A stretch of 32,000 bases of DNA from Mycoplasma mycoides subsp. capri (GCF_018389705.1 NZ_CP065581.1:660001-692000); one strand, 5' to 3'. Shown: positions 16,102 through 30,565, counted from the first letter of the stretch. Notes: generated by a model not told the origin, from the letters alone. A program made the numbers and translations.

Positions 16102-18810
16102 TTAGTTTTTAGTTTTTTTATTTCTTTTTATTATTCATATTAATAAACCAGTAAATGCAATACTACTCAAGCTTATTAAAAGTGAAATAACTATTCAAAA
16201 TGTATTAGTTTTTTTATATTGTTGTTTTTGAGTTATATTTGAAAGCTTTTCTAAAATTTGATCTTTATTTTCTTTATTAGTAGATATATCATTTGAATTA
16301 TTGTTTAAAACAGAAACATTTTGACTAGAAGTATTGTTATCATTAGAAATAATATCAGATGATAAATCATCAACAACATATCATTCTAATAGCATAGTAT
16401 CTTTTTGATTTTCAAACACATAATTTGGATCTAGAATTTTTAATACTACAGCATACTTACCAATTTGATTTTTTCAATTTTCTCTAATTTCAACTAAATT
16501 AGTATCAATAAGTTGATTAAACTCAGGAGAAACACCATTGATTGGATCATGTTTTAATTTATTACTTATTAACTGTAAACCTTGATAAATAACTTTTTTA
16601 TTAACATTTATATCAACTTTTTGATCATAAACTTTGTTCTTATAGTGATATTGTAAAGTTATTGATTTGTGATCACCTTTAAGAATGCTTTCATTATTTT
16701 GATAAACAATTCTATCTGGGATTAAAGTTATATTTTGACCTTTATCAGTGATATTTATTTCAAAATCAATAGGTTGTACTATATCATTTGCTTGAAAAGT
16801 TTCTTTTAATCTATTAACTTCAACTTTAAAATCAGGAGTATTATTTTCAAATATAGGTTTAATTATAACTGGATAACGATATGAATTAGTTTGATTTGTT
16901 GTTGAACCAATATAATTTAAATTACCATTACCTGTTTGTAGTTTTTTTACTAACTCTTGATCAATATAATATCCTTTTTCATCTTTTAATAAAGTTTGAT
17001 AATTACCATTACTATCAACATATTGATATTCTTTTATTTTTAAATCACTATTTGTATTATTATCTAAATATCATTTAAATGAATTATTATTATTTTCAAA
17101 AACAACTTCATTTACTAAGTTATTTAACTGTCTATTATTTGTATCAAAATACAATTTAGCTATAATATATTGTTTATTTGTATCTAATCTAAAAACTTGA
17201 TATTTTTTAGTATCAGTTTTTATATTATTAACATATTTATCAATATCTATTTTAAAATGATTCTCTTTATATTTGTCATTTAATAAATTTAGGTTTAAAT
17301 TAAAAGCATATGTAGATTTTTCTAAAGACCCAATTTTATCAGAACCGATACGATATTCAATATCATTATCAGCATTTAAATAAGTTGGTGCATAACCATA
17401 ATTTAAATCATAATTAGTTTCATGTTGTTTTTTAGAAGTTAAAAAAACTGGTATTTTATTATTTGCTGAATATGAATTTGAGCTATGAACAACTAAACTA
17501 TAATCATTATTTGAATTTGTATAAACAGCAGAACCTGAATATAAGTTTTCACTACCATCAAATATATAAATTTGTCTTGTTTCTTGTTGAGTTTTTAATT
17601 TGTTAGGTTCAGATTTTGATTTGTATTTATAATTTAATTTAACTGTATATGAACCTGGTTTTAATTTATTATCTTTATTTTCATATGATACGTTAGTAAC
17701 ACTATTATTATTAGTTATTTTAAATTTATCAGTAATATTTAAATTATCTAAATAAATTTGCACATCCATTTTAATTAGATCAGCTATATTTGTATTAAAA
17801 TGATATTCTATTTTAATATCATCAGTTCAATTAAAAACATTTTGATTTAAAGGCTTAGAATCTGAATTTGGTTTTTGATTATTTTGTGAATTATAATAAC
17901 CACTATATTTATTAATAATTGAATTTGTACTTTTTGATGTTATTAATTTATCACCAATATATTTATAACCATACAAGTTCATATATAAAACACTAGTATT
18001 ATATGGTAAATAGTTCACTCCATCACTATTTTCATACTTATTATCACTATTTAAAACAATAAAAGCACCTACTGATCCATCAATACATTTATAATTATCA
18101 TCTCAACCAATAATTGAAACTGCATGTCCATTTGCTCCATAATCACTAACAATTTCACTAGTTTTTTTATTATTAGAATCATTTGATTTTATATTTCAAT
18201 ATTCAATTCCTACCATTAAAGCTGAATTATTAGAAATGTGATACTTTATATCATTTAAATCATTTTTAATATTGTATCTATCAAATATAACCATTTGTAG
18301 TTTATCAGCTAAATTATGAATGAATTTAGGTTTATAAAGATCAAGAATCTTTTTATAATAAGTTCCAGAATTTGGTAAATAATAAAGATCACTAAAGATA
18401 AAATCTGATTCAAAAGATATTCCGTTTTTTAAAGCATTATGAAAATCAAAAAAATTAGCTCCATTTGCGACTCTATTTTCTAATTGAGCAGCTATACTTG
18501 CTTCTGATAAATCATACATCTCATTATTATTAATCATTAAAGCAGTTTCTAAAGCTTTAATTGAAGAAAAATCTCAGCATAATCCACTTTGATCTTGAAG
18601 TTGATGAAATAAAAGATAATCATCTCTTAATGAATAATATTTTCTATTTTCTTTTTTAGATTCATTGTTTATTTTTTGATTATTAAATGTAACTAGATTA
18701 GTTGAATAGTTACTAGTTAGTGTTTTATTTAAAAATAATAGAGCTGGAGTAGTTAGTATAATATTAGAACAAACTAATAAACTTATTTTTTTATATCAAT
18801 ACTTTTTCAT
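16102..18810 (-). CDS. Papain-like (peptidase C1 family) cysteine protease with an N-terminal signal/anchor and a C-terminal TM helix, 902 aa
   Basis: The frame was checked over its whole length (TGA only). Active-site-like QDQSGLCWDFSS (Cys codon 18577-18579), GHAVSIIGWDD (His 18124-18126), FIVLNS. N-terminus MKKYWYKKISLLVCSNIILT. C-terminus FWIVISLLISLSSIAFTGLLIWIIKRNKKTKN. Confidence 0.8.
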
Positions 18811-19026
18811 ATTTTATTAATTTCTACAATTTGTTATTCAATCATTTCTTAATTACTTATAAAATTTCTCATTTTTGCAATGATATTATTATAACTTAAA
18901 GACTGATTTTATCTAATAATAAAATCAAAAATCAATACAAAAGATCAATAAATCTTAAATAAATTAAAACTAAACTAAAAGTTGTTTTTTATATAATTTA
19001 ATTAATAAACAATAAGAAAGGATTAT

Positions 19027-20115
19027 ATGAATTTAACTATCATTTTAATAATTTTAATAAGTATATTAACTATTATTTGTATTAGTATTTTATTTTATTT
19101 AATTAAAACTAAAAATAATGATTCTAAAATTGATCTAACTAGTTTAAAAGATAATTTAAACAATAAATTTGATACTAATAAAGAATTGATTACTAAAGAA
19201 ATAGAAAAAGATACTGAAATTACTAAAACTAATTTAATTAATTTAAAAGAAACAGTTAACAAACAAAAAGAAGATCTAACAAAATCATTAGATAAACTAG
19301 AAGAAAATATTAAAAAATTTAATGAAATTACTAATAATATAAATACAATTGATAAAAAAGTTGATACATCAGTTAAAAACATTAATGAATTATCTTTAAT
19401 TTTTAAAAATAGTAAAACTAGAGGAAACTTAGGTGAGTTTACTTTAGAATGAATTTTGACTAATGTTTTAGGTGAAAAAACAGATAATGGAATTTGACAA
19501 ACTCAATATCAATATAAAAACTCTAAGGTAATAGTTGATGCTATTATTAAAACACAAATTAATGATAAAAAGATTGCAATTGATTCTAAGTTTCCTTTAA
19601 CAAAAGCAAATGTCTTAATTTCAGAAAATACTGATACTTATTTATATAAACAAGCTGAAGATGAATTTAAAAAAACAATTAAAAATATGATTAAAGAATT
19701 AAATAATAAATATATTTCTAATTCTGAAAATGTTTCTAGTGTAATTATGTTTATACCTTCTGAAGCTATATTTGAACTAATTTGATCTAAATTTACTGAT
19801 ATCTTTAGTGAAGCTATTAAAAATAAAATTTGAATTTGTTCACCAACTACTTTACCAGCTGTTTTGTATTCTCAACAAATTAGTATTAAAGAATATAAGA
19901 TTAGTAAAAATATTAATGAAATTCAAAAACTAATTAAAACAATAACTGATGATGTTAAAAGACTATTAGATAGAAATGAAAAAATGTCTAAGATTTATGA
20001 AAAGTATAAAACAGAAACAGAAGAAGTTTTTAAAGAATTTCAAACTTCAGCAAATAAAATTGATAAAAACTATTCTAAACTAGAAGCAATAAATATTGAT
20101 GATAACCAAGAATAA
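19027..20115 (+). CDS. rmuC: DNA recombination protein RmuC, 362 aa
   Basis: An N-terminal TM helix and coiled coil, then SKTRGNLGEFTLEW...VDAII...IAIDSKFPL...IMFIPSEA, the RmuC nuclease-like core. ORFs 19027-19452 and 19864-20115 are in frame and the gap was checked. Confidence 0.85.
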
Positions 20116-20133
20116 TTAAATATTTAATAAAAA

Positions 20134-20154
20134 TAGACCAATAGGTCTATTTTT
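20134..20154. terminator. Bidirectional terminator between convergent rmuC and the 20170-20970 gene
   Basis: Stem TAGACC (20134-20139) / GGTCTA (20144-20149), flanked by an A-run and a T-run. Confidence 0.6.
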
Positions 20155-20169
20155 GATTCAATTCATTAT

Positions 20170-20970
20170 TTATTTAGTTTTTTCAACTTTAATTAATTGG
20201 TTTAAAATAAAGTATTTAAGTGTTGGTGGACCTGCATTAATCACATCTGTTGCTTGTTTTATAAATTCCTTGTTTCCAAATATTAGTGAAAGAGCTAGTT
20301 CAAGATCTTCATATAAATTAATACGGATTTTAGAATTATTAAAAAACGCAAAACAAATATTTATAAAATCTTCTTTTTTGTTCATAATAGTTTGGTCTTT
20401 AAACTCTTTTTTATCTAAATAATTATAAAAATAATTAAAACCATCTCGATTTTTATTTAAATATCATTCAAATGTTTTAATGTCATTTTTATCATTAATT
20501 CATTCTTCTAATTTAGTTATAAAAAGATCAACAAATAAAACATCTTGATACTTTTCACATTCAGTTTTAAATTCTTTTAACTTGTTTATAAAAAGTTGTT
20601 CATAAACTTTTTTAAGATAATCAAACATTCATTGTTCAGTTAAGTCTTTACTATCAATAATAGTTTTTTTAGCTTTAAAATCTTTTAAAAAAATATCTAT
20701 TAATTCTGTTCCAATTCAATGTTTAATAACAGCTATTTGAGTTTCTCATTTTACATCATCATTTTCTATTTTATTTGATTCTATTTGTTTTAACATATCA
20801 TCTATTGAAACTTTAAGTGGATAAGTTAATGTGTATTGTTTTGCAATATCTAAAAATTCTTTTTCTTTATTTGTTAAAGTTTTTTGATTTTTAAATTCAT
20901 ATCTTAAAAGTTCTAATAAACTAAAACGATTAACAAACTCTAATAAATTAAATGATCTAATTTCTTTCAT
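20170..20970 (-). CDS. Hypothetical protein, 266 aa, no recognisable domain
   Basis: ORFs 20746-20970 and 20170-20385 are in frame and the gap was checked (TGA only). True TAA stop at 20170-20172. Predicted soluble, helical and Lys/Glu-rich. Confidence 0.7.
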
Positions 20971-21083
20971 ACTAATCCTTATATAAAAAATACTTTCTTA
21001 ATATTATTTTAAATAATAGAAAATAAGAATTTTTAATAAGATTTAAAATACTAGATTTTAAAAAAGTTTTATATAATCTAAAT

Positions 21084-21953
21084 ATGGAAAATAAGAAAAA
21101 TAATTATTTTAGTGATATTGAAATTTTATTAACATATGATTATGATTCATGTGTGTTATTTTTATTAAATAAATATGGTCAAGTTAAAGGTGATTATATT
21201 AAATATTCTTATAATTGATTTGTTAAAAATATAGAAGAAAATTTAGCTATTAAAAAATCTTGATATGGTTTAGAAATTCATCATATAGATGAAGATAAAA
21301 TCCCTAATTTATCATCAAAAGAAAATAGACAAAAATATATAGAATATCAAAGAGCTGATCGTTTAGTTTATTGTAATTTAATTGAACATTTACTTTTACA
21401 TATTAAAATTTATGAAAAAAATAAAAATAATTTAAGTAAAAATGGGATTAGATTAATTATTAGAAAAATTAATGATTATTATTCTTATCATCAATTTGAT
21501 GATGATAGAAATAAATTGTTTTATCAATCAATTAAAGATAAAAAGTTAGATTATTTTAATTGTTTAGCTTATATTAATGATCATAAAATCTTAACAGGAA
21601 ATAAATGATATGCACGTTCTTTATTAGAAGATGAGCATAATAACTTATACCAATTAAGTGTTTTATATGATGAAATTGATCTTTATTTAAAAGCTAGAGT
21701 TATACCAAGCGAAGTTGATGATAGTATTAATCGTCCTAAAACTTTTAAACTTGAAAAACTTGATGATTTAGATTATTATGTTGAGCAAAGAAAAAGAGAA
21801 ATGCAACAACAAAAACAATCTAGAATTAGAATTTCTAATAATACTACTAAACCAAGTAATTCAAATAAATCAAGTTATAAATGATCAGTTATTATTTTGA
21901 CATTTTTAGTTTTACTTATATTCATATTTATCTTTTTTGTATTTCTTCGCTAA
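21084..21953 (+). CDS. Hypothetical tail-anchored protein with an HNH-like (His-Me finger) motif, 289 aa
   Basis: Translated manually (four TGA = Trp, no TAA/TAG). It is absent from the ORF track because TGA fragments it. Motif GLEIHHIDEDKIPNL...(24 aa)...LVYCNLIEHLLLHIKI. C-terminal TM WSVIILTFLVLLIFIFIFFVFLR. TATAAT at 21072-21077 lies 6 nt before the ATG. Confidence 0.65.
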
Positions 21954-21955
21954 AA

Positions 21956-21981
21956 AGGGCTTAATTTTTTTAAGCCCTTTT

Positions 21982-21983
<2 letters not shown>
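21956..21983. terminator. Bidirectional terminator shared by the 21084-21953 gene and trpS
   Basis: Stem AGGGCTTAA (21956-21964) / TTAAGCCCT (21970-21978), with an A-run before and a T-run after. The trpS stop codon (21982-21984) lies in the T-run. Confidence 0.7.
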
Positions 21984-22992
<1,009 letters not shown>

Positions 22993-23141
22993 AATTTTCT
23001 CCTAAGATATAAATTAATATAATTCTATAAAAAATTTTTACTAAATAAAAATACTTATCTTTATTTGTTTTTATTAAAAACTAAAAATAATAACTTTAAA
23101 TTAATATAATATAATATTAAAAATATGAAATGAGGGCTATT

Positions 23142-24218
23142 ATGACTAAACATGAAATAATTAATGAATTATTAGAAAAAAATAATGCTGATGCAATTTT
23201 GTTATATTCACCTGAAAATAGATACTGATTTTCTAAATTTCACTCTTCACTTGGATATTTAATTATTACAAAAACTCAAAGTCACTTATTTTTAGATGGA
23301 AGATATATAACAGCTGCTAGAAATAATAAAAATATTAATAAAGATATTGAGTTACATCATTTTTCAAAAAATTTAAAACAAGATCTAATAGATATATTAA
23401 ACCAAAATAATGTAAAAACTTTAGCATTCGAATCTGATTGAACTTATTTTGAACAATACCAAGCTTATAAAAACCACTGATTCAAAGATTTTGATTTAAT
23501 TGGAATTAATTGCTCAAAAATAAGAATGATAAAAGATGATTGAGAAATTGCTAACATAAAAAAAGCTTGTGATATTACCGATCAAGTATTTCAAGCAGCT
23601 CTTGATTTTATAAAACCAGGAATTACTGAAAAACAATTACAAAGATTTATTGATGATAAATTTTTAGAATTTGGTGCTGATAAAATCAGTTTTGATACAA
23701 TAATTGCTTCTGGAGTTAATGGAAGTATGCCTCATGCAGTTCCAAGTGATAAAGTAATTAATAATAATGAATTAATCACTATTGATATGGGTTGTTTTTA
23801 TAATGGATATTGTTCAGATCAAACAAGAACAATTGCTTTAGGTGATGTTGATCCAAAACTAGTTGAAATTTATAATATTGTTTATGAAGCTCAAAGTCTA
23901 GGAATTAGCTTAGTTAAAGAAGGTGTAATTGCTGGAGATATTCATAAACAAGTTTATGATTTTATAGATAAAAAAGGGTATGGAAAATATTTTGATCATG
24001 GATTAGGTCATGGAATTGGTGTTGAAATTCATGAAGAGCCAAGTGTTGGATCAACTGGTAGTGAAGTTTTAAAAGAAAATATGACTATTACTATTGAGCC
24101 AGGAATTTATATTCCAGATTTGGGTGGTGTAAGAATTGAAGATGATGTTTTAGTAACTAAAACTGGATGTAAATTATTAACTTCTTCACCAAGAATTTTA
24201 TTAAAATTACAAAAATAA
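23142..24218 (+). CDS. M24-family Xaa-Pro aminopeptidase/dipeptidase, 358 aa
   Basis: C-terminal metal-binding motifs DMGCFYNGYCSDQTRT, HGLGHGIGVEIHE, ITIEPGIY, VRIEDD. GAGGG RBS lies upstream of the ATG at 23142 (an in-frame ATG also exists at 23130). Confidence 0.9.
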
Positions 24219-24233
24219 TAAATAATTACAAAA

Positions 24234-24257
24234 TGACCAAAAATTGGTCATTTTTTT
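24234..24257 (+). terminator. Rho-independent terminator
   Basis: Stem TGACCAA (24234-24240) / TTGGTCA (24244-24250), then T-run 24251-24257. Confidence 0.7.
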
Positions 24258-24416
24258 AATGTCTTTTAATAAATTATTAGTTAATTAAAATCTAGAAATT
24301 AATAAAATAGATAAATAATTTAACAAAAACTCATTTTTTATTTTTTGATTTTAAGCTAAACTAAAAACTATTAGTAAGATGATAAAATATAATCTAGTTA
24401 GAAAGATAGAACTAAT

Positions 24417-25445
24417 ATGAATACAATTATTAATAAAGATGAAAATAAAATCAAACAAATTAAAAAAAATCTAAAAACAAGATTAATTTCAGCAACAATT
24501 TTAGTATTGCTATTAGGTGTTTATTTAGCATTTCCAATATTGTATTACTTTACTAATGATAGTTCTTCTAAACTTATAATTGCTTATAATGTAATTTCAT
24601 TAGTTTTAAGTAGTTGTGTGTTATTTTTATCAATTAGAGAGTTATTAATTTCATTTGAAATTAAAAATTTAGACCAAAAACTATTTATTGAAATTTTAAC
24701 AGTCATTTTATTTTGAATTCCATTTAGTAATATCGAAGCAAAAATTCCAGTTTATAATGATTTAAACTTAAAAGAATATTGATATTTAATAGTAATTGCA
24801 ATTGGTTTATACTTATTTTTAATTACCTTTTTTTTAATGAAATTTTGTAATAAAAACATTTATCAAGTAACTAAAATCATCTTTGTTTTATTAATTATGG
24901 TTCTTGCTTTTAAAGCGATTAATTTTTTAGGTTTTTTAAAAGCATATAACAAAATTTTGTATGGATTTAGTTCTATTATTTGAATATGAGCAACTATTAT
25001 TCTAACTGATAGTTTTGCTTATTTATTTGGAATTAGATTTGGTAGACACAAATTAGCTCCAACTATTAGTCCTAAAAAAAGTTGAGAAGGAGCTATTGGT
25101 GGATTTTTTTCTAGTGTAATTATTAATTTAATTTGAGTTTTAACTATCTTTTTTATTCCATGAACAAAAAGTTTTGCTCCATTTATAGGAATGTATGACT
25201 TATTGTTAAATAAAGATGATAATTTAATGTTAATAACTTATATATTTTTAACTGTTTTAGTTTCTTTATTTACTCAATTTGGAGATTTAATTTTTAGTTA
25301 TATTAAAAGAAGTATCGATATTAAAGATTTTTCTAATTTAATCCCAGGTCATGGTGGAATTTTAGATAGATTAGATTCATTTTATTTTGTCTTTTTTATC
25401 ATTTATATAATTTTACATATTAGTCTAACATTTAATAGAATATAG
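24417..25445 (+). CDS. cdsA: Phosphatidate cytidylyltransferase, 342 aa
   Basis: Polytopic membrane protein with the CDS signature [28 protein letters not shown]. ORFs 24417-24716 and 25191-25445 are in frame and the gap was checked. Confidence 0.9.
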
Positions 25446-25453
25446 GAGGTTTT

Positions 25454-28400
25454 ATGCAAACAAAAATACTTGGTATTTTTAAAAAAATCGGTATTGAATT
25501 AGATCAAACTGATTATATTTATTTTAAAGATGCTATTTTAGTTGAAACTCCTAGAATTTCTCAAATTAAAAATAAAGGTTATTTACATATTGAAATTAAA
25601 GATTTTTTACCAATTGATGTTTTAAAAAAAATTGAAGACAAACTAAAAAATAATCAATATTTTAATTTCAAGTTAATTATTGATGTTAAAAACCAACAAT
25701 TTAATAAAGACTTATTAATTCAGTATTTAGAATTTATTAAAATGCATAAGTCTTTATTTAATAACCGCTCTTCTTGAAAATTATTAGATATTTATAATTT
25801 TGAATTAATTAATAATCAATTAGTATTTTTAGTAAATAGTCAAACTATTAAAAATGAAATTAGTTTAGAACTTGATTATTGTTTAGCTAAATTAAATCAG
25901 TTTGGGTTTAAAGATTTAAGTTATTTAATTAATGTTAATGAAATTAGTTTAGATACTTTAGATACAAAACAACAAATTAATAAAACTTATGATAAACCTG
26001 AATATGAACAACAAATAATTAAACCAATTGAAAAAAAACCTAGTACAAATAATAGTTATAAAAACAAAAGACCTAGTTTAGATAAACCTAGTTATAATTC
26101 TTTATTAGATGTTGAAGATGATGCTCAAAATATTGTTATTCAAGGAATGGTTATTAATAAAGAATTTAAATTATCAAAAACTGGAAGAAAAATTTTTTAT
26201 ATAGATATAACTGATTTTCAATCTTCAATTAGATGTATGTATTTTGCAAAAAGTGATGCGTTATGTGAATTTGATGACTTAACTGAAGATGAACTAAAAT
26301 CAAAAGAAATTGAACAAATTAAAGAAAATAAAATTCAAATTAATGATTGAATTAGTGTTAAAGGAAAAACTAGTTTATCTATTTATGATCAAGAACAAAT
26401 CTTTTATATAGATGATTTTAAAAAAATCAAAAAACAAGTTGATTTGAGAATTGATGATGCAAAAATCAAACGTGTTGAATTACATGCGCATACTAAAATG
26501 AGTGTAATGGATGGAGTTAGTGATCCAATTGATTATTTAGAACTTATTAGTAGTTGAAACCATAAAGCAATTGCATTTACAGATCATACAAATGTTCAAG
26601 CTTTTCCAGATATTTATAAAGCTTTAAGTAATGTTAATAAAAAGCGTAGCGATCAAGATAAAATTAAAGCTATTTATGGATTAGAAATGAACATGTTAAA
26701 TAATGATTTATGATATGTTAAAAATCCAAAAAACCAAAATCTAAAAGATGCTAGAATGGTCTTTTTTGACTTAGAAACTACTGGGTTAAGTCCTGAATTA
26801 GATGAAATCATTGAATTTGGTGCTATTGAATATAATTTAAAAACTGGTGAAAGAAAAAAAATCGATATTTTAATTAAACCAAAAACAAAATTAAAAGCAT
26901 TTACTCAAAAACTAACTAACATTACTGAAAAAATGTTAGAAGATAAACCAAGTATTGAACAAGCTTTTAAACAAATAAATGAAATTATAAAAGATGCTAT
27001 TTTAGTTGCTCATAATGCTAATTTTGACTTTACATTTTTATCTTATTGATCTGAAAAACTAGGTTATGGTAAATTAGAAAATACTATTATTGATACTTTA
27101 ACAATTTCAAGAATTATTTATCCTGATTTAAAATCACACAGATTAGGATCATTAGCAAAAAGAGTAAATATTTCATATGATCCAAGTATTGCTCACCGTG
27201 GAGATTATGATGCTGATATCTTAGCTGATATTTATGAAAGAATGCTAGATGAAACGAGAAAAAAAATCAAAATTATAACAGATAGTGATTGAAATAAAAT
27301 AGATCCAATTAATTATGCTGATAATTTAAATTATTATAAAAACAAAGGTTTTCATACTAACATTTTAGTTAAAAACCAAGCTGGATTAAAAGAATTATAT
27401 AAACTAGTTACAAAATCACATACTACTAATTTTTATGCATTTCCAAAAATCTTTAAAGATGATTTAATTCAAATTAAACAAAATAATAATTTATTGTTTG
27501 GAGCAAGTTGTGTTAATAGTGAAATTTTTGAACTAGCTAGAACTAGTACATTAGAAAATTTAAAACAAGCAATTGGTTTTTATGATTATATAGAAATTCA
27601 ACCAATTAGTGTTTATAAAAACTTATTACAAAATGACTCACTAGATTTAGATCAATTAAAGCAAATAATTACAAATATTATTAATATAGCAAAACAAGAA
27701 AATAAACTAGTTGTTGCAAGTAGTGATTGTCATTATACAAATCCTGAACTAAAACAAATTAGAGAAGTTTATATTAATGCCAAAGGACTTGGTGGAATTA
27801 GACATCCATTATTTGATTTTAATAATAGAGTTAAAGATTATCCTGATCAACATTTAAGAACTACAAAAGAAATGTTAAATGAGTTTGAATGACTTAATGA
27901 TGATGATTTAATTAATGAAATTGTAATCACTAATTCAAATAAAATAGCAGATATGATAGATAGTAATGTCATTCCAATTAAAGATGGTTTATTTACTCCA
28001 AAAATTGCTAATGTTAATGAAAAATTAAAAGATAAATGTTATCAAACAGCAAAACAAATGTATGGAGAAATGCTTCCAGAAATTGTTGAAAAAAGATTAG
28101 AAAAAGAACTAGGTTCAATTACAAAACATGGATTTGCGATTGTTTATTGAATTTCTCATTTATTAGTAAAACAATCACTAGATGATGGTTATTTAGTAGG
28201 ATCGCGTGGATCTGTTGGTTCATCATTTGTAGCAACAATGGCTCAAATTACAGAAGTTAATCCTTTAAAAGCTCACTATAGGTGTTTAAATTGTAAATAT
28301 TCAGATTTTAATACAGATCCAACTTATAAGTGTGGATATGATTTACCAGAAAAAAATTGTCCTAATTGTAATCAAAAATTAATTGGAGATGGTCATGATA

Positions 28401-29902
28401 TTCCATTTGAAACTTTTTTAGGTTTTGATGGAGATAAAGTTCCAGATATTGATTTAAACTTTTCTGGTGAATATCAAAACCAAGCTCATAATTTTACTAA
28501 AAAAATGTTTGGTGAAAATAATGTTTTTAGAGCTGGAACAATCTCAACAGTTGCTGAAAAAACAGCTTTTGGTTATGTAAAAACTTATTTTGAAGAAACT
28601 AAAAAAGATGCAAGTTTACCAAGAAAAACTGAAATTAATAGATTAGCAAAATTAGCTCAAGGAGTAAAAAGAACAACTGGTCAACATCCAGGTGGAATCA
28701 TTATTTTACCAAATGAGTATGAAATTGAAGATTTTACTCCAGTAAATTATCCAGCTGATGATTTAAATTCAACTTGAAAAACAACCCATTTTGATTTTCA
28801 TTCAATTCACGATAATTTATTAAAAATGGATATTCTAGGTCATGATGATCCAACTGCTTTAAAAATGTTAAGAGATTTAACAAATATTGATCCAATCACT
28901 ATTCCAACTGATGATAAAAATGTTTATTCATTATTTTCATCTTTACAAGCTTTAAATTTAACTTCAGATAAAATTAATGATGAAATCACTGGAGCTATTG
29001 GGATACCTGAATTTGGAACTGGTTTTGTTAGAAATATGTTAAAAGAAACTCAACCAAAAACTTTTGCTGATCTAGTACAAATTTCTGGTCTTTCACATGG
29101 TACTGATGTTTGATTAGGTAATGCTAGAGATTTAATTAAAGATAAAAAAGCAGATATTTCTACAGTTATTGGATGTAGAGATGATATTATGGTTTATTTA
29201 ATAAGCATGGGATTAGAAAGTTCTTTAGCTTTTATGATTATGGAATCAGTTAGAAAAGGTAAAGGATTAAAAAAAGAATGAATTGATGTTATGAAACAAT
29301 ATAATGTTCCAGATTGATACATTGATTCATGTTTAAAAATTAAATATATGTTTCCAAAAGCACATGCTACTGCTTATGTGTTAATGGCTTATAGAATTGC
29401 TTGATATAAAATCTATTATCCAACTGAATATTATGCAACCTATCTAACAACAAGAGCTGATGTGTTTGATTTAAAAACAGCGCTTGGTGGTTATGATGCA
29501 GTTTTATTAAAATTAAAATCTCAACAACAAAGAGTAAAAAATGGAGAAAAATTATCTAAAAAAGAAGAAGATTTAGAAGTTGTTTATGAAGTTTTATTAG
29601 AAATGTTTGCAAGAGGAATTAAATTTAGTAATATTGATTTTGAAAAATCTGAAGCTACTAAATTTAAAGTAGACATTTTACAAGATAACTCTAAAATAAT
29701 TATTCCACCATTTAATGTAATTGATTCACTAGGTGAAGCAGTGGCGCTTTCAATAATTAATGCTAGAAACACAAAACCAATTACTTCAGTTAATGATTTA
29801 AAAAACAGAACACAAACTACACAAACTCAAATTAAAATTTTTGAAGAATTTAATATTTTAGATTCATTATCAGTTGATGAACAACTTGCTTTTGATTTCT
29901 AA
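25454..29902 (+). CDS. polC: DNA polymerase III alpha subunit, PolC type, 1482 aa
   Basis: Nine track ORFs lie in one frame and every junction was checked (TGA only). Motifs: PHP domain ELHAHTKMS, 3'-5' exonuclease [10 protein letters not shown]...VAHNANFDF, zinc-finger CLNCKY...CPNC, polymerase core. AGGAGG RBS at 25445-25450. Confidence 0.97.
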
Positions 29903-29914
29903 TAGAAAGATATT

Positions 29915-30565
29915 ATGCAAAAAGAATATATAAAAGAATTAATGTTAAACAGAAAAAGTGCACGTGATTTTGATCTAAATAAATCAATTAGTGATCAAGA
30001 TTTAGAAATAATTTTAACATCTATGAGAATGTCTCCTAGTGCTTTTAATTTGATGAATTTAAGATTATTAATCATTGATAGAAATTGTAGTTTTAAAACT
30101 GAACTTAGTCCTTTATTTTATAATCAGTTAAATTTTATTAATGCTGATAAAGTTATTTTGTTTGTTTCTGATAAAACTAATAAAATTTTAAATCACACTA
30201 TTGATAAAACTGTTAATAAAATGTTTAATGAAACACAAATTGAAATAGCAAATAAATTTAAAAAAAATGTTATTAATGCAACTAGTCAATTAGCACAAAT
30301 TAATGAATTAGATAATTGAAGTAAAACAACTGCTCATATAACTGCTGGAATAGCTACAATTGCTGCTGCTAGTTTAAATATTGATAGTTGTATAATTGGT
30401 GGGTTTAATGCTAAAGTTTTAGAAACTTTCTTTATTCAAAAAAATTACTTATCAGAAGATGAACAAATTGTTTTAACAATGAGTTTTGGATATATGAGTA
30501 AATCAATTAAACCTAAGCCAAAAATTAGAATTGATGAAAATGAATATATTACTTTTGTCAAATAA
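29915..30565 (+). CDS. Nitroreductase-family NAD(P)H-flavin oxidoreductase, 216 aa
   Basis: LNRKSARDFD...SPSAFNLMN... is a nitroreductase-like N-terminal motif, with C-terminal IGGF. ORF 29915-30319 was extended through TGA to TAA at 30563-30565. Confidence 0.8.

Noticed and set aside
22993-23141. T-box leader expected upstream of trpS
   Set aside because: The divergent intergenic region is only 149 bp, is almost pure A/T, and has no specifier or T-box sequence. No regulatory RNA is supported.
23130-23141. Alternative upstream start for the M24 peptidase (ATG at 23130, in frame)
   Set aside because: The GAGGG Shine-Dalgarno sequence lies inside this extension and is correctly spaced for the ATG at 23142, so the shorter CDS is preferred. 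The choice remains uncertain.
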